Positions 21,808-30,215 of a stretch of DNA of 64,000 nucleotides are shown here, in pieces. The notes beneath the pieces were generated by a model. It was not told the DNA's origin. It worked only from the letters and a program-made list of their open reading frames with translations, and made no database searches. How positions within the stretch are numbered: the first letter of the stretch is position 1; each line of letters starts with the position of its first letter. The stretch lies in assembly GCA_963712755.1 (NCBI GenBank), contig CAVQIY010000001.1:72192-136191 (forward strand), given 5' to 3'. Position numbers and translations under genes: made by a program. Origin of the DNA: an uncultured Gammaproteobacteria bacterium (lineage in GTDB: Bacteria; Pseudomonadota; Gammaproteobacteria; Steroidobacterales; Woeseiaceae).

Positions 21808-22559
21808 TAAAGGCATAACCAGCCCGGTACCTTCGACCAGGACTCGCCCAGTTCACGATCCAGCCGTTCGTAGTCGGGCTCGTGACGGGCCACGGCGCGC
21901 CAGAAGCGCCGCGAGTGATTCATGTGCCGTGCATGACACAGCTCGTGGATCATCAGGTAGCGCACCAGGGCGGGTTCCAGGAACAGCAGGCAGTAGTTGA
22001 CACTGATGGTGCCCGTCGACGAATGACTGCCCCAGCAGGTCTTCTGTCCGCGAACCTGCATGCGCTTGAAAGCATCGCCGGTGCGCACGGAGAGCCTTCG
22101 CAGCCAGGGCTCGAGTTCCTGTTTCGCGACCCCCGCAAGCCAGCGCTTCAGCGCCGCGACGCACTGCGCCTCGTCGGCGGTGGCGCCCGACAGCACCACC
22201 AGGTCCCCGTGCCGGCGGTAGCCTACGCTATCGGCATCGCGCCGCGGCCGGTACGCGACGCCGTAGTCGCGGTCGATGGCCTGGAGCTTGATGCGTTCCG
22301 GCAGCAGGAACGGTTCCGGGGGGTGCCTGGCCGCGAACGAGGCGCGGGTCTTTTCGATCCAGTCGCGGTGCTCGTCCACGAACGACTGCACGTCCCGCGC
22401 GCGCGTCCTTTTCGGCACCACGACCTCGACCCGGCCGCGGGGATAGACCTTGATGGACAGGCGTTTCGCGCGGCCGCTCTCGCGTACCGAAAAGCCCGGC
22501 GAATCGCCGGGCTTTTCGGTATCGGCAAAGAGTCTCAGTTGTCGGGCTGCGCCAGGCAC
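21804..22559 (-). CDS. YgjP-like (DUF45/M48-type) zinc metallohydrolase
   Basis: 251 aa with the HEXXH motif in MIHELCHARHMNHSRRFW, characteristic of the YgjP/DUF45 family. Confidence 0.8.
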   Translation of the reverse strand: MPGAARQLRLFADTEKPGDSPGFSVRESGRAKRLSIKVYPRGRVEVVVPKRTRARDVQSFVDEHRDWIEKTRASFAARHPPEPFLLPERIKLQAIDRDYGVAYRPRRDADSVGYRRHGDLVVLSGATADEAQCVAALKRWLAGVAKQELEPWLRRLSVRTGDAFKRMQVRGQKTCWGSHSSTGTISVNYCLLFLEPALVRYLMIHELCHARHMNHSRRFWRAVARHEPDYERLDRELGESWSKVPGWLCLY

Positions 22560-22578
22560 AGCCGGAGTTTACTGTGAA

Positions 22579-23292
22579 TCAGGGCCGTTTGCCGCTGAAA
22601 CGGACGGCGTCGTCCAGCGTCATCACGCCCTCGACACCGCCGACTTCGGCAGACTCGCTAACGTAGAGCTTGACCTCGCGCTCGAGGCGAATGACCCCTG
22701 CGACGCGTGACCCCGGCCCGATGACGATACGCGGCGTACCCTTGCTTTTGTCGCGGGTCCCGGGCTTCTCGACGATCACGTCACCCAGGACGACGGCGCC
22801 TTCCGCCAGCTCGATATCGCCATTGACGGTAACTACGTCCCCGCCGACCTCGCTGCCCTCGAGTTCGATCTCGCCGTTGACGTTGCCGAGATCGTTCGCG
22901 ACCTTGCTGCCGCCGCCGACCGAGATGCGGCCGTTGACCGCGGACACCCCGCCGTCGACCACGACGTCGCTCGCGATGTCGATGGAGCCATTGACCGTGC
23001 CGAGGCTGCGGCTCCTCACCTTGTCGGCCACGCGCAGGCCGCCGTTGACCGTTTCCACGTCGGCGACGGTTGCGCCCTCCTCGATCCGCACCGAGCCGTT
23101 GACGCTGCTGACCTCGCCGGTCACCGTGGCGCCGGCACCGACCGTCACCCTGCCGTTCACCGTCGACGCGCCGTCCGCGGTCGCCCCGGCCTCGATCGTG
23201 ATGCTCTTGTTCACGCTGGCGTGGGCCGGCAAGACCAGCAGCAACGTTGCCAGCGCCGTCAGGGCCGCATACCTGCCTAACATTCTCGTCAT
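22579..23292 (-). CDS. secreted beta-helix repeat protein (about eight 18-19-aa xVNGxIxIxxGAxVxGDV repeats; bactofilin/COG1664-like)
   Basis: Only the C-terminal 237 aa of ORF 22579..23589 look real. MTRMLGRYAALTALATLLLVLPAHA is a signal peptide. The repeats run TVNGRVTVGAGATVTGEV / SVNGSVRIEEGATVADVE / TVNGSIDIASDVVVDGGV / AVNGRISVGGGSKV / NVNGEIELEGSEVGGDV / TVNGDIELAEGAVVLGDV. Confidence 0.65.
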   Translation of the reverse strand: MTRMLGRYAALTALATLLLVLPAHASVNKSITIEAGATADGASTVNGRVTVGAGATVTGEVSSVNGSVRIEEGATVADVETVNGGLRVADKVRSRSLGTVNGSIDIASDVVVDGGVSAVNGRISVGGGSKVANDLGNVNGEIELEGSEVGGDVVTVNGDIELAEGAVVLGDVIVEKPGTRDKSKGTPRIVIGPGSRVAGVIRLEREVKLYVSESAEVGGVEGVMTLDDAVRFSGKRP

Positions 23293-23428
23293 GTTTCTAC
23301 GTCCATGGTTGTTGATGTACCCGTTAGATGCCGTTCGCCGCGATCCGGTTGCAACGCGCGCGGGATGCCGGGCTGGCTGCGGTGTGACCCTTCCGCTAAC
23401 CTTACGCACTTTGCCGGACACTCTCCCG

Positions 23429-24313
23429 ATGCCAACCGCTCTCGAGGCCAGGAATCTCGTCAAGCGATATCCCGGTGTCGTCGCCGTGAACGACGTCAGC
23501 TTCGAGGTCGCCGAAGGCATCTGTTTCGGCCTGTTGGGACCGAACGGCGCGGGCAAGACGACGACGGTGGAGATCATCGAGGGCGTCACCCCCGCGACAG
23601 CCGGCGAGGTCTACTACTTCGGCGAGCCCGCCGGCCGGCGCTTCCGCGAGGAAGCGGGCATCCAGTTCCAGAACACGGCGCTGCAGGATTTCCTCACCGT
23701 ACGGGAGACCCTGGAGATGTTCCAGAAGCTCTACGACCGGCACGCCGACCTGGACCGGGTCATCGAGGCGTGCTCGCTCGGTGACCTCCTGGAGCGGGAC
23801 AATCGCAAGCTGTCGGGCGGCCAGCGCCAGCGGCTGTTCCTCGCCGTTGCGCTCGTCAACGAGCCCCGGCTGGTGTTTCTCGACGAACCGACGACCGGCC
23901 TCGATCCGCAGGCCCGGCGCAACTTCTGGACGCTGGTGCAGCGCATCCAGGCGAACGGCACGACCATCATCCTCACCACGCATTACATGGACGAGGCCCA
24001 CGTCCTGTGCGATGAAATCGCGATCATGGACGCCGGCAGGATCATTGCGAGCGGCGCTCCGGACGACCTGCTCAGGAGCCGCTACGAGGGCCTCGTCATC
24101 GAGCTGCCGATCGAGGATCTGTGCGCAGATCTCGACGGCATCGAGCACGTCGTGTACGACACCCAGGGGATCGTCGAGATCCTGTCCACGGACGTCTCCA
24201 GGAGCCTCGAGGCCCTCAAGCCCCGGGTCGTGAACCTGAACCGCATCAGGATCCGGCAGCCGAATCTCGAGGACCTGTTCCTCGACCTGACCGGCCATTC
24301 GCTGCGTTCCTGA
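23429..24313 (+). CDS. ABC transporter ATP-binding protein (ABC-2 exporter type)
   Basis: The internal ATG of ORF 22670..24313 gives MPTALEARNLVKRY. Motifs are Walker A GPNGAGKTT, signature LSGGQRQRL and Walker B VFLDEPT. Confidence 0.9.
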   Translation: MPTALEARNLVKRYPGVVAVNDVSFEVAEGICFGLLGPNGAGKTTTVEIIEGVTPATAGEVYYFGEPAGRRFREEAGIQFQNTALQDFLTVRETLEMFQKLYDRHADLDRVIEACSLGDLLERDNRKLSGGQRQRLFLAVALVNEPRLVFLDEPTTGLDPQARRNFWTLVQRIQANGTTIILTTHYMDEAHVLCDEIAIMDAGRIIASGAPDDLLRSRYEGLVIELPIEDLCADLDGIEHVVYDTQGIVEILSTDVSRSLEALKPRVVNLNRIRIRQPNLEDLFLDLTGHSLRS

Positions 24314-24326
24314 ACGAGACCCCGCA

Positions 24327-25352
24327 ATGCTGAAACGAATCCAGGCCGTGTTCGTCGCCCGCAACCGCGAATTCCTTCGCGACCGCGGCACGCTGGCATG
24401 GAACATCCTGATGCCGGTCATCCTGGTGTTCGGCCTCGCGTTCGTCTTCGGTGGCGAGGGCCGCAACCAGTACACCGTGGGCGTGCTGCAGGTGGCGAGC
24501 GAAATCGACGCCGGCTTGCACCCGTTCCTCGCAACGCGCTTCATCGAGTTCGTGCCGGTTGCGGACGAGGCCGATGGATTTCGCAAGGTCGCGCGCCACC
24601 GGCTCGACCTCCTCGTCCGTTTCGACGCCGAGCAGCGCTACTGGGTCAACCCGGAATCGCCGCGCGGTTACTTCGCCGAACGGCTGCTGCTGCAGGCCGA
24701 CGCGGCGGCCGGCGGGCGCATGCAGAAGGCACAGATCAGCGGCGAACCGATCCGCTACGTGGACTGGGTGCTGCCGGGCATACTCGGCATGAACATGATG
24801 TTCAGCTGCCTGTTCGGTGTCGGCTACGTCGTCGTGCGCTACCGCAAGAACGGCTTCCTGAAGCGCCTGCGTGCGACACCGTTGCGGCCGGCCGAGTTCA
24901 TCGTGGCGCAGGTGGCGTCGCGACTGTTGCTCGTGCTGGTCGTCACCGCGTTCGTCTATCTCGCCACGCACTTCATCCTCGACACGCGCATGGAGGGCAG
25001 TTATCTCACGCTGTTGCTTGTCGCGGTGGTCGGCAGCATTTCCATGGTTTCGCTCGGCCTGTTGATCGCGGCCAGGGTGACGTCGGAAGAACTCGCCGGG
25101 GGCCTGCTGAACATGATCTCGTGGCCGATGATGATCCTGTCCGGCGTCTGGTTTTCGCTCGAGGGGGCCGGGCCGGCGGTGCAGGCACTCGCGAAGATCT
25201 TCCCGCTGACGCACGTCCTGGATTCGGCGCGGGCCGTCATGCTGGACGGCGCGACGCTTGCCGACATTGCACCGAACATGATCATGCTGACAGTATTGAG
25301 CCTGGCGTTTTTGGCCCTCGGCGCAAGATTCTTCCGCTGGGGCCCGGACTGA
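24327..25352 (+). CDS. ABC-2 type transporter permease
   Basis: 341 aa with an N-terminal soluble/TM1 extension followed by about 5 C-terminal TM helices. It lies 13 nt downstream of the ATPase gene. Confidence 0.8.
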   Translation: MLKRIQAVFVARNREFLRDRGTLAWNILMPVILVFGLAFVFGGEGRNQYTVGVLQVASEIDAGLHPFLATRFIEFVPVADEADGFRKVARHRLDLLVRFDAEQRYWVNPESPRGYFAERLLLQADAAAGGRMQKAQISGEPIRYVDWVLPGILGMNMMFSCLFGVGYVVVRYRKNGFLKRLRATPLRPAEFIVAQVASRLLLVLVVTAFVYLATHFILDTRMEGSYLTLLLVAVVGSISMVSLGLLIAARVTSEELAGGLLNMISWPMMILSGVWFSLEGAGPAVQALAKIFPLTHVLDSARAVMLDGATLADIAPNMIMLTVLSLAFLALGARFFRWGPD

Positions 25353-25356
25353 GACG

Positions 25357-26148
25357 ATGGAATCACTGGTCGACATAGGCGCGAACCTGGCCCACGACAC
25401 CTTCGACGACGATCGCGACGACGTGCTGCAGCGGGCCGCGGTCGCGGGCGTCGCCCGTATCGTCGTGACCGGCAGCAGCGACGACAGCAACGAGAAAGCG
25501 GCGCGACTGGCGCAGGACCACCCGGGCGTGCTCTGGTCCACCGCCGGCGTGCATCCGCATCATGCGGCCGACTACACGGCCGCGAGCGACGCGATGATCC
25601 GCAGGCTGGCCACCGCGGGCCGCATCGTGGCCGTCGGCGAATGCGGTCTTGATTACTTTCGCAATTTCTCGCCGCGTGACGCCCAGCTCGCCGCGTTCCG
25701 CTCGCAACTCGACATCGCTGCTGAAACCGGCCTGCCCGTGTTCCTGCACCAGCGAGACGCGCACGATGATTTCGTCGAGGTGCTGGAACCCGCGTTGCCG
25801 ACGCTCTCACGCGCCGTCGCGCACTGCTTCACCGGCGAGCACGAGTCGCTGCGCGAATACCTGGCGATGGGTTTGTACATCGGTGTGACGGGCTGGATTT
25901 GCGACGAGCGCCGCGGGACACACCTGCAAGAGATCGTGTCGGCCATTCCCGACGACCGCATCATGATCGAGACCGACGCACCTTACCTGCTGCCGCGCAC
26001 GATCCGGCCGAAACCGCAGACGCGTCGCAACGAACCGATGTACCTGCCCGAGGTCCTGCGCGTAGTGGCCGCGGCGCGCGGCCAGACCGAGGAACATGTC
26101 GCCCGCATCACGACCCGCAATGCCGAGCGGTTCTTCGGACTGAGCTGA
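25357..26148 (+). CDS. tatD: TatD-family metal-dependent hydrolase/DNase
   Basis: 263 aa with LVDIGANL, GECGLDY, VFLHQRDA, HCFTG and IETDAPYL, the TatD motif series. Confidence 0.85.
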   Translation: MESLVDIGANLAHDTFDDDRDDVLQRAAVAGVARIVVTGSSDDSNEKAARLAQDHPGVLWSTAGVHPHHAADYTAASDAMIRRLATAGRIVAVGECGLDYFRNFSPRDAQLAAFRSQLDIAAETGLPVFLHQRDAHDDFVEVLEPALPTLSRAVAHCFTGEHESLREYLAMGLYIGVTGWICDERRGTHLQEIVSAIPDDRIMIETDAPYLLPRTIRPKPQTRRNEPMYLPEVLRVVAAARGQTEEHVARITTRNAERFFGLS

Positions 26149-26163
26149 CCGGTTCGGCGGTCA
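26146..26163. terminator. hairpin TGACCG-gttcgg-CGGTCA containing both convergent stop codons (tatD TGA and CBS-gene TGA)
   Basis: A perfect 6-bp inverted repeat is seen directly. There is no U-tract, so terminator function is speculative. Confidence 0.25.
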
Positions 26164-26616
26164 GTCCGCGGGCCGGTCGAGCGTGCCGAGCGCACGCTGG
26201 TTGTCGGATATGATCGCCTTTATGAGATCGCCGATCGAAATAATCCCGAGAACCGTCTCGCCGTCGACGACGGGCAGGTGGCGGATGCGTTTCTCCGTCA
26301 TCAGCATCATGCATTCGTCGATGTTCTGTTCGACACCGGTGGTATAAACGTCCGCCGTCATGATGTCCGCGACACGGCTGCCCTCTTTCGACAGGCCGCC
26401 AGCCACGACCTTGCGCGTGTAGTCGCGTTCGGTGACGATGCCGCGCAGCAAACCGTCGACCATCACCAGCAGCGAGCCGACGCCCCGTTCTGCCATCAGG
26501 TCGACGGCTTCGGCCACGGTCGCATCTGGCGCGATACTGAATACGTCGCTGCCCTTGTCGTTGAGCAGGTCACCTACCTGTTGCAAATCGCTGCCTCCCC
26601 GAATCCGGCAGTGCAA
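26161..26616 (-). CDS. CBS-domain pair protein
   Basis: 151 aa with two CBS repeats (VFSIAPDATVAEAVDLMAERGVGSLLV; VYTTGVEQNIDECMMLMTEKRIRHLPV). Confidence 0.8.
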   Translation of the reverse strand: MHCRIRGGSDLQQVGDLLNDKGSDVFSIAPDATVAEAVDLMAERGVGSLLVMVDGLLRGIVTERDYTRKVVAGGLSKEGSRVADIMTADVYTTGVEQNIDECMMLMTEKRIRHLPVVDGETVLGIISIGDLIKAIISDNQRALGTLDRPAD

Positions 26617-26745
26617 TGCCCCGCAGTTTAGCAGTCCTGGCGCCCGGCCGCGCCATTGCTTCGGTATTCCGTGATAGATTGACGACTTCCGCGCTGGTTA
26701 CCATGCGCGGCACGCCAGGGCAGGCCCGGGAGCCGACAAGCAGGC

Positions 26746-27435
26746 ATGCGCAACAAAGCTGACAGAATACTCAGACAGTATTCGTTCTACCGCGACGGAA
26801 CCCCGGAGTTGCGCAAAGGCGTGCTCGAGCACGTGCGGCTCTTCGACACGAAAGACCTGAGGGACGGTCACCTGTTCCGGGTCGGGGATCGCAGCGACGC
26901 CATCTGCCTCCTCGGCAGCGGCAAGATCCGTGTCTACGCATCCGGCTCGTCAGGCCGTGGCGTACTGCTCTACAACGTGCGTGCCGGCGAAATCTGCCCG
27001 ATCAACATGCGCATGGTACTCGCGGGGACGGTTGCCCTGGCGCATGCCGATGCATCGCCGGACCTCGAGGCGGTGTCCCTCAACCGCGCGGGCGTGCGCG
27101 ACCTTTCGGCCCGTTTCGGTGAATTCCACCAGTTCGTGCAGCAGTCGGTTGCCGATCGTTTTGAAGAGATCATCCTGCGCATCAGCGATATCACGACGCG
27201 CAGCGTCGATCATCGCCTCGTCGATCTGCTGCTCGAGGAATTCGACAACTCGCAGCTGCCGCGGCCGACGGTCGAGATGACCAACGATGATCTCGCACTC
27301 GCGATCGGCACCGCTCGCGAGGTCGTCAATCGCAAACTGCACGACCTGGAGCGCATGGGAGCGCTCAAGCTCGGCCGCGGCCGCATCTGGCTCGAGGATC
27401 GCGCTGCCCTGCAGTCACTGATGAAAGGCAAATAA
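26746..27435 (+). CDS. Crp/Fnr-family transcriptional regulator
   Basis: 229 aa with a cNMP-binding-like beta-roll followed by a C-terminal HTH (TNDDLALAIGTAREVVNRKLHDLERMG). Confidence 0.85.
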   Translation: MRNKADRILRQYSFYRDGTPELRKGVLEHVRLFDTKDLRDGHLFRVGDRSDAICLLGSGKIRVYASGSSGRGVLLYNVRAGEICPINMRMVLAGTVALAHADASPDLEAVSLNRAGVRDLSARFGEFHQFVQQSVADRFEEIILRISDITTRSVDHRLVDLLLEEFDNSQLPRPTVEMTNDDLALAIGTAREVVNRKLHDLERMGALKLGRGRIWLEDRAALQSLMKGK

Positions 27436-27456
27436 CCTGCCGGGGCAGGATCACGG

Positions 27457-27761
27457 CTGCTGCTGGGGTCGGAGGGGGCTGCTGGGGTCGGACCACGGTA
27501 AGTCAATGTTTACTGGCGCTTTTTGGACCAGAAATGGGCCTATCAATGGCTTGATCCGCACATTTTGTGGCGAGAAATCGCCGTTTATCACGCCCGCTTT
27601 CCGATAGCGATATTGCAGCACCGCCGATTTGCGCTCAAAAATCGGCCTATTAACGCCTCGAGTGGGCCGATATTCGGCGCGAATTCCCTTGTAATCAGCG
27701 GTTTGTCTCGGTCCGACCCAAGCTGAGTTCAGCGGTTTGTCTCGGTCCGACCCAAGCTGAG
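27457..27761. mobile_element. inverted-repeat-flanked, low-GC, hairpin-rich non-coding element (MITE-like remnant or sRNA locus)
   Basis: The left end has 2 x GCTGCTGGGGTCGGA (27459-27473, 27478-27492). The right end has 2 x 33-bp TCAGCGGTTTGTCTCGGTCCGACCCAAGCTGAG (27695-27727, 27729-27761). The cores GGGTCGGACC / GGTCCGACCC are reverse complements. The interior is visibly AT-richer and holds three clean hairpins. Confidence 0.5.
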
Positions 27762-28271
27762 CCACATTACGTAGTCGTCGAAGCATGTCTGCCCGAGCCG
27801 GAACTCGGCGGTGCCCACGCAGCGGAAGCCATACCCTTCGTAGAACGCCGTAGCCCAGTCCGCGTCCTGCCAGACGCTGAGCCAGAGTCCCGCGCCACCC
27901 TCCTCGCGCGCAACCGCAACGGCCCAGTCCATCAATGCCCGGCCAACGCCCATGCGCTGCCATGCCGCGTCCACGTAGAGTTGCTGCACCTCGATTGCGT
28001 CGGCGGCCGGTACGGTGTCCGGCGCGGCGCCGCGGCGAATCTTCACGAAGCCGGCAATAGCGTCGCCGCCGCGGGCGATCGTGTAGCGGACGTCGGGTTT
28101 CTGCAGTTCGGCTGCCACGCTGTCGCGGCCGAAATACTCGCGGACGTGCACGGCAAGGTCGGCTGCCGGCGAGTAGCTGCCATAAGCCTGCACGAACAGG
28201 CGCTCCCCGGCTTCCGAGAGGGCGTCGGCATCAGCGCCGCTCGCAGCGACCAGTCGAACCGCCGGGCTCAT
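27729..28271 (-). CDS. GNAT-family N-acetyltransferase
   Basis: 180 aa with the acetyl-CoA motif QLYVDAAWQRMGVGRALMDWAV. The last 10 codons and the stop lie inside the right-hand repeat of the element above. Confidence 0.85.
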   Translation of the reverse strand: MSPAVRLVAASGADADALSEAGERLFVQAYGSYSPAADLAVHVREYFGRDSVAAELQKPDVRYTIARGGDAIAGFVKIRRGAAPDTVPAADAIEVQQLYVDAAWQRMGVGRALMDWAVAVAREEGGAGLWLSVWQDADWATAFYEGYGFRCVGTAEFRLGQTCFDDYVMWLSLGRTETNR

Positions 28272-28837
28272 GCGCTCCCGAGCGCGTGCTTCTGCAACAA
28301 CTCCCAGTGCGGTTTGAACGCTTCGACCTTGCGTTGCGCCGCGGCCTTGTCCTTCTCGCCGAACTGCTCGTGCAATTCATCGACGGTACAGACCATCGAG
28401 GGGATGCCTTTCGTGAACTCGGCGCCATCGAGGAACAGCACGCGTCCCTCGACCGGGACCTGGCGCACGATCTGCCGCACTGCCGCGATCCGGTCGTACA
28501 GCGCGGGCTGCGGGTTGGAGAACGTGAAACGGCGATCCTTGCTGATCACCGTCCAGTCCTGCATCTTGTCGCTGCCGAATACCACGCCCTCGACGTCCTT
28601 GATGTGGAGTATCAGCAACCCCTGCGAGGTCAGCAGCAGGTAGTCGATCTGGATCTCGCCGCCATCGGAATTGGGCACCACGAGTCCCTCGATGCGCGCA
28701 AAAGCGATGTCCTTCAGGACGCGTTGCAAATGGTCTCCCGCCATGCGACGGCGGTACACGAGCCATACCGCGAGCAGCAGCACGAGCAGGACCGGCAGCA
28801 ACCAGGTCGCGTTAACCGAATCGAGGATTTGTGCCAT
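28268..28837 (-). CDS. NERD-domain protein with N-terminal TM anchor
   Basis: 189 aa with a TM helix (WLLPVLLVLLLAVWLV). EIQIDYLLLTSQGLLILHIKDVEGVVFGSDKMQDWTV resembles the NERD nuclease-related fold (recollection, not searched). It overlaps the GNAT start by 4 nt. Confidence 0.6.
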   Translation of the reverse strand: MAQILDSVNATWLLPVLLVLLLAVWLVYRRRMAGDHLQRVLKDIAFARIEGLVVPNSDGGEIQIDYLLLTSQGLLILHIKDVEGVVFGSDKMQDWTVISKDRRFTFSNPQPALYDRIAAVRQIVRQVPVEGRVLFLDGAEFTKGIPSMVCTVDELHEQFGEKDKAAAQRKVEAFKPHWELLQKHALGSA

Positions 28838-28902
28838 TTGCTGGAGCCGGCTCCCAATGACCAGTGGTATTAATGGCGACTCACCATGCGATCGTCAAGC
28901 GC

Positions 28903-30213
28903 TCACGCCGAAAAGAACCCACTGAGAGCGGCATCGAGCGCAGCGAGGTTCGCGTCGATCGCCAGCGAGCGGCTGGGGCGTGCGAGGATTTCCGCCAGCC
29001 CGTCCGGCAGCGGCACGGTCGTGCCGATCAGCGGTTCGACGATCGTCTCGAACTTGGCCGGATGAGCCGTCGCGACCAGTATCCAGTCGTGATCGATTTT
29101 CAGCGCATCGTCGAGTTCGCGCCACGTGTGGGTTGCCGTCGCCGTATGCGGGCAGGTGGCAAATCCGAATTCTGCGAAGTCACGGCGTATCGCCGCTTCG
29201 ATAAGGTCGTCGGTAACGGCCAGCACACCGAGCTTCTCGCGCAGCACGTCGGCATCGCCGACGAGGCTCCGCAGCCGCTCCATGTTGCTCGGGTCGCCCA
29301 CGTCCATCGCCGACGCGAGCGTTTGCACGCTGGGGCGCGGCAGCCAGGTGAGCGTCTCGAAGTAATCGCTGATCGTGCGGTTGGCGTTGGTCGCCAGGAT
29401 GATCGGGCCGATGGGCAGGCCCATCTCGCGAGCCATGACGCAGGCGAGCGCGTTGCCGAGGTTGCCGGTCGGGACGATGAACCCCGGCTTGCGGCCAGTG
29501 CGCGCAAAATGCCCGAGACTTGCGTGCGCGTAGTAGGTGCTTTGCGGCAGCAACCGGCCGATGTTGATGCTGTTCGCCGAGCTGAAGCGGAAGCGGCTGC
29601 CGAGCCCCGGGTCGGCCAGTGCGCTTTTCACGAGCGCCTGGCAGTCATCGAACGCGCCCTGTACGCGCAGCGACAGCACGTTGTCGCCCCAGCATGTCAG
29701 CTGGTGGGCCTGGCGGTCCGAGACCCGCCCGTCCGGAAACAGCACGACGACGCGCATGCCCGGCCGCTCGTTGAAGGCCGCCGCGACGGCGCCGCCGGTA
29801 TCGCCCGACGTTGCCACAAGTATCGTGAGCGGGTCGGCTGCGTCGCCCTCCAGCCGCGTGAGGCAGGCGGCGAGGAACCCGGCGCCGACGTCCTTGAACG
29901 CGGCCGTCGGGCCGTGGTAGAGCTCCAGCAGGCCCGCCGAGCCGTGCCGCGCCGGCAGCGGCGTCACCGGGATCGGGAAGCTGAAGGTCTCGCCGAGGAT
30001 CGCAGGCAGCTCGTCGCAGAGCGTCGAGCCCGCAAAGAACGGTGCCAGCAGCCGCGCCGCGACGTCCGGGATCGCCCCGGCCCCGTCGAAATCATCCGCC
30101 GCGAATCGCGGCAGCGTGCGCGGCAGGAACAGTCCGCCATCCGGGGCGATGCCGCCGACGAGCGCTTCGTCGAGCGTGACCGGCCCCACGCCGCGCGTGC
30201 TGAAGTACTGCAT
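28903..30213 (-). CDS. thrC: threonine synthase
   Basis: The internal Met of ORF 28903..30426 gives MQYFSTRGVGPVTLDEALVGGIAPDGGLFLP. FKDVG is the PLP-lysine region. It lies directly downstream of thrB. Confidence 0.9.
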   Translation of the reverse strand: MQYFSTRGVGPVTLDEALVGGIAPDGGLFLPRTLPRFAADDFDGAGAIPDVAARLLAPFFAGSTLCDELPAILGETFSFPIPVTPLPARHGSAGLLELYHGPTAAFKDVGAGFLAACLTRLEGDAADPLTILVATSGDTGGAVAAAFNERPGMRVVVLFPDGRVSDRQAHQLTCWGDNVLSLRVQGAFDDCQALVKSALADPGLGSRFRFSSANSINIGRLLPQSTYYAHASLGHFARTGRKPGFIVPTGNLGNALACVMAREMGLPIGPIILATNANRTISDYFETLTWLPRPSVQTLASAMDVGDPSNMERLRSLVGDADVLREKLGVLAVTDDLIEAAIRRDFAEFGFATCPHTATATHTWRELDDALKIDHDWILVATAHPAKFETIVEPLIGTTVPLPDGLAEILARPSRSLAIDANLAALDAALSGFFSA

Positions 30214-30215
30214 CG

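Noticed and set aside
26650-26745. CRP/FNR-type binding site in the CBS-crp divergent spacer (TGATAGATTGA).
   Set aside because: The sequence is not palindromic and matches neither TGTGA-N6-TCACA nor TTGAT-N4-ATCAA.
27523-27726. 67-codon ORF (TTG start) inside the low-GC spacer as a possible small protein.
   Set aside because: It has a TTG start without an RBS. Third-position composition is unlike the genome's coding regions. The region is better explained by hairpins and inverted repeats.
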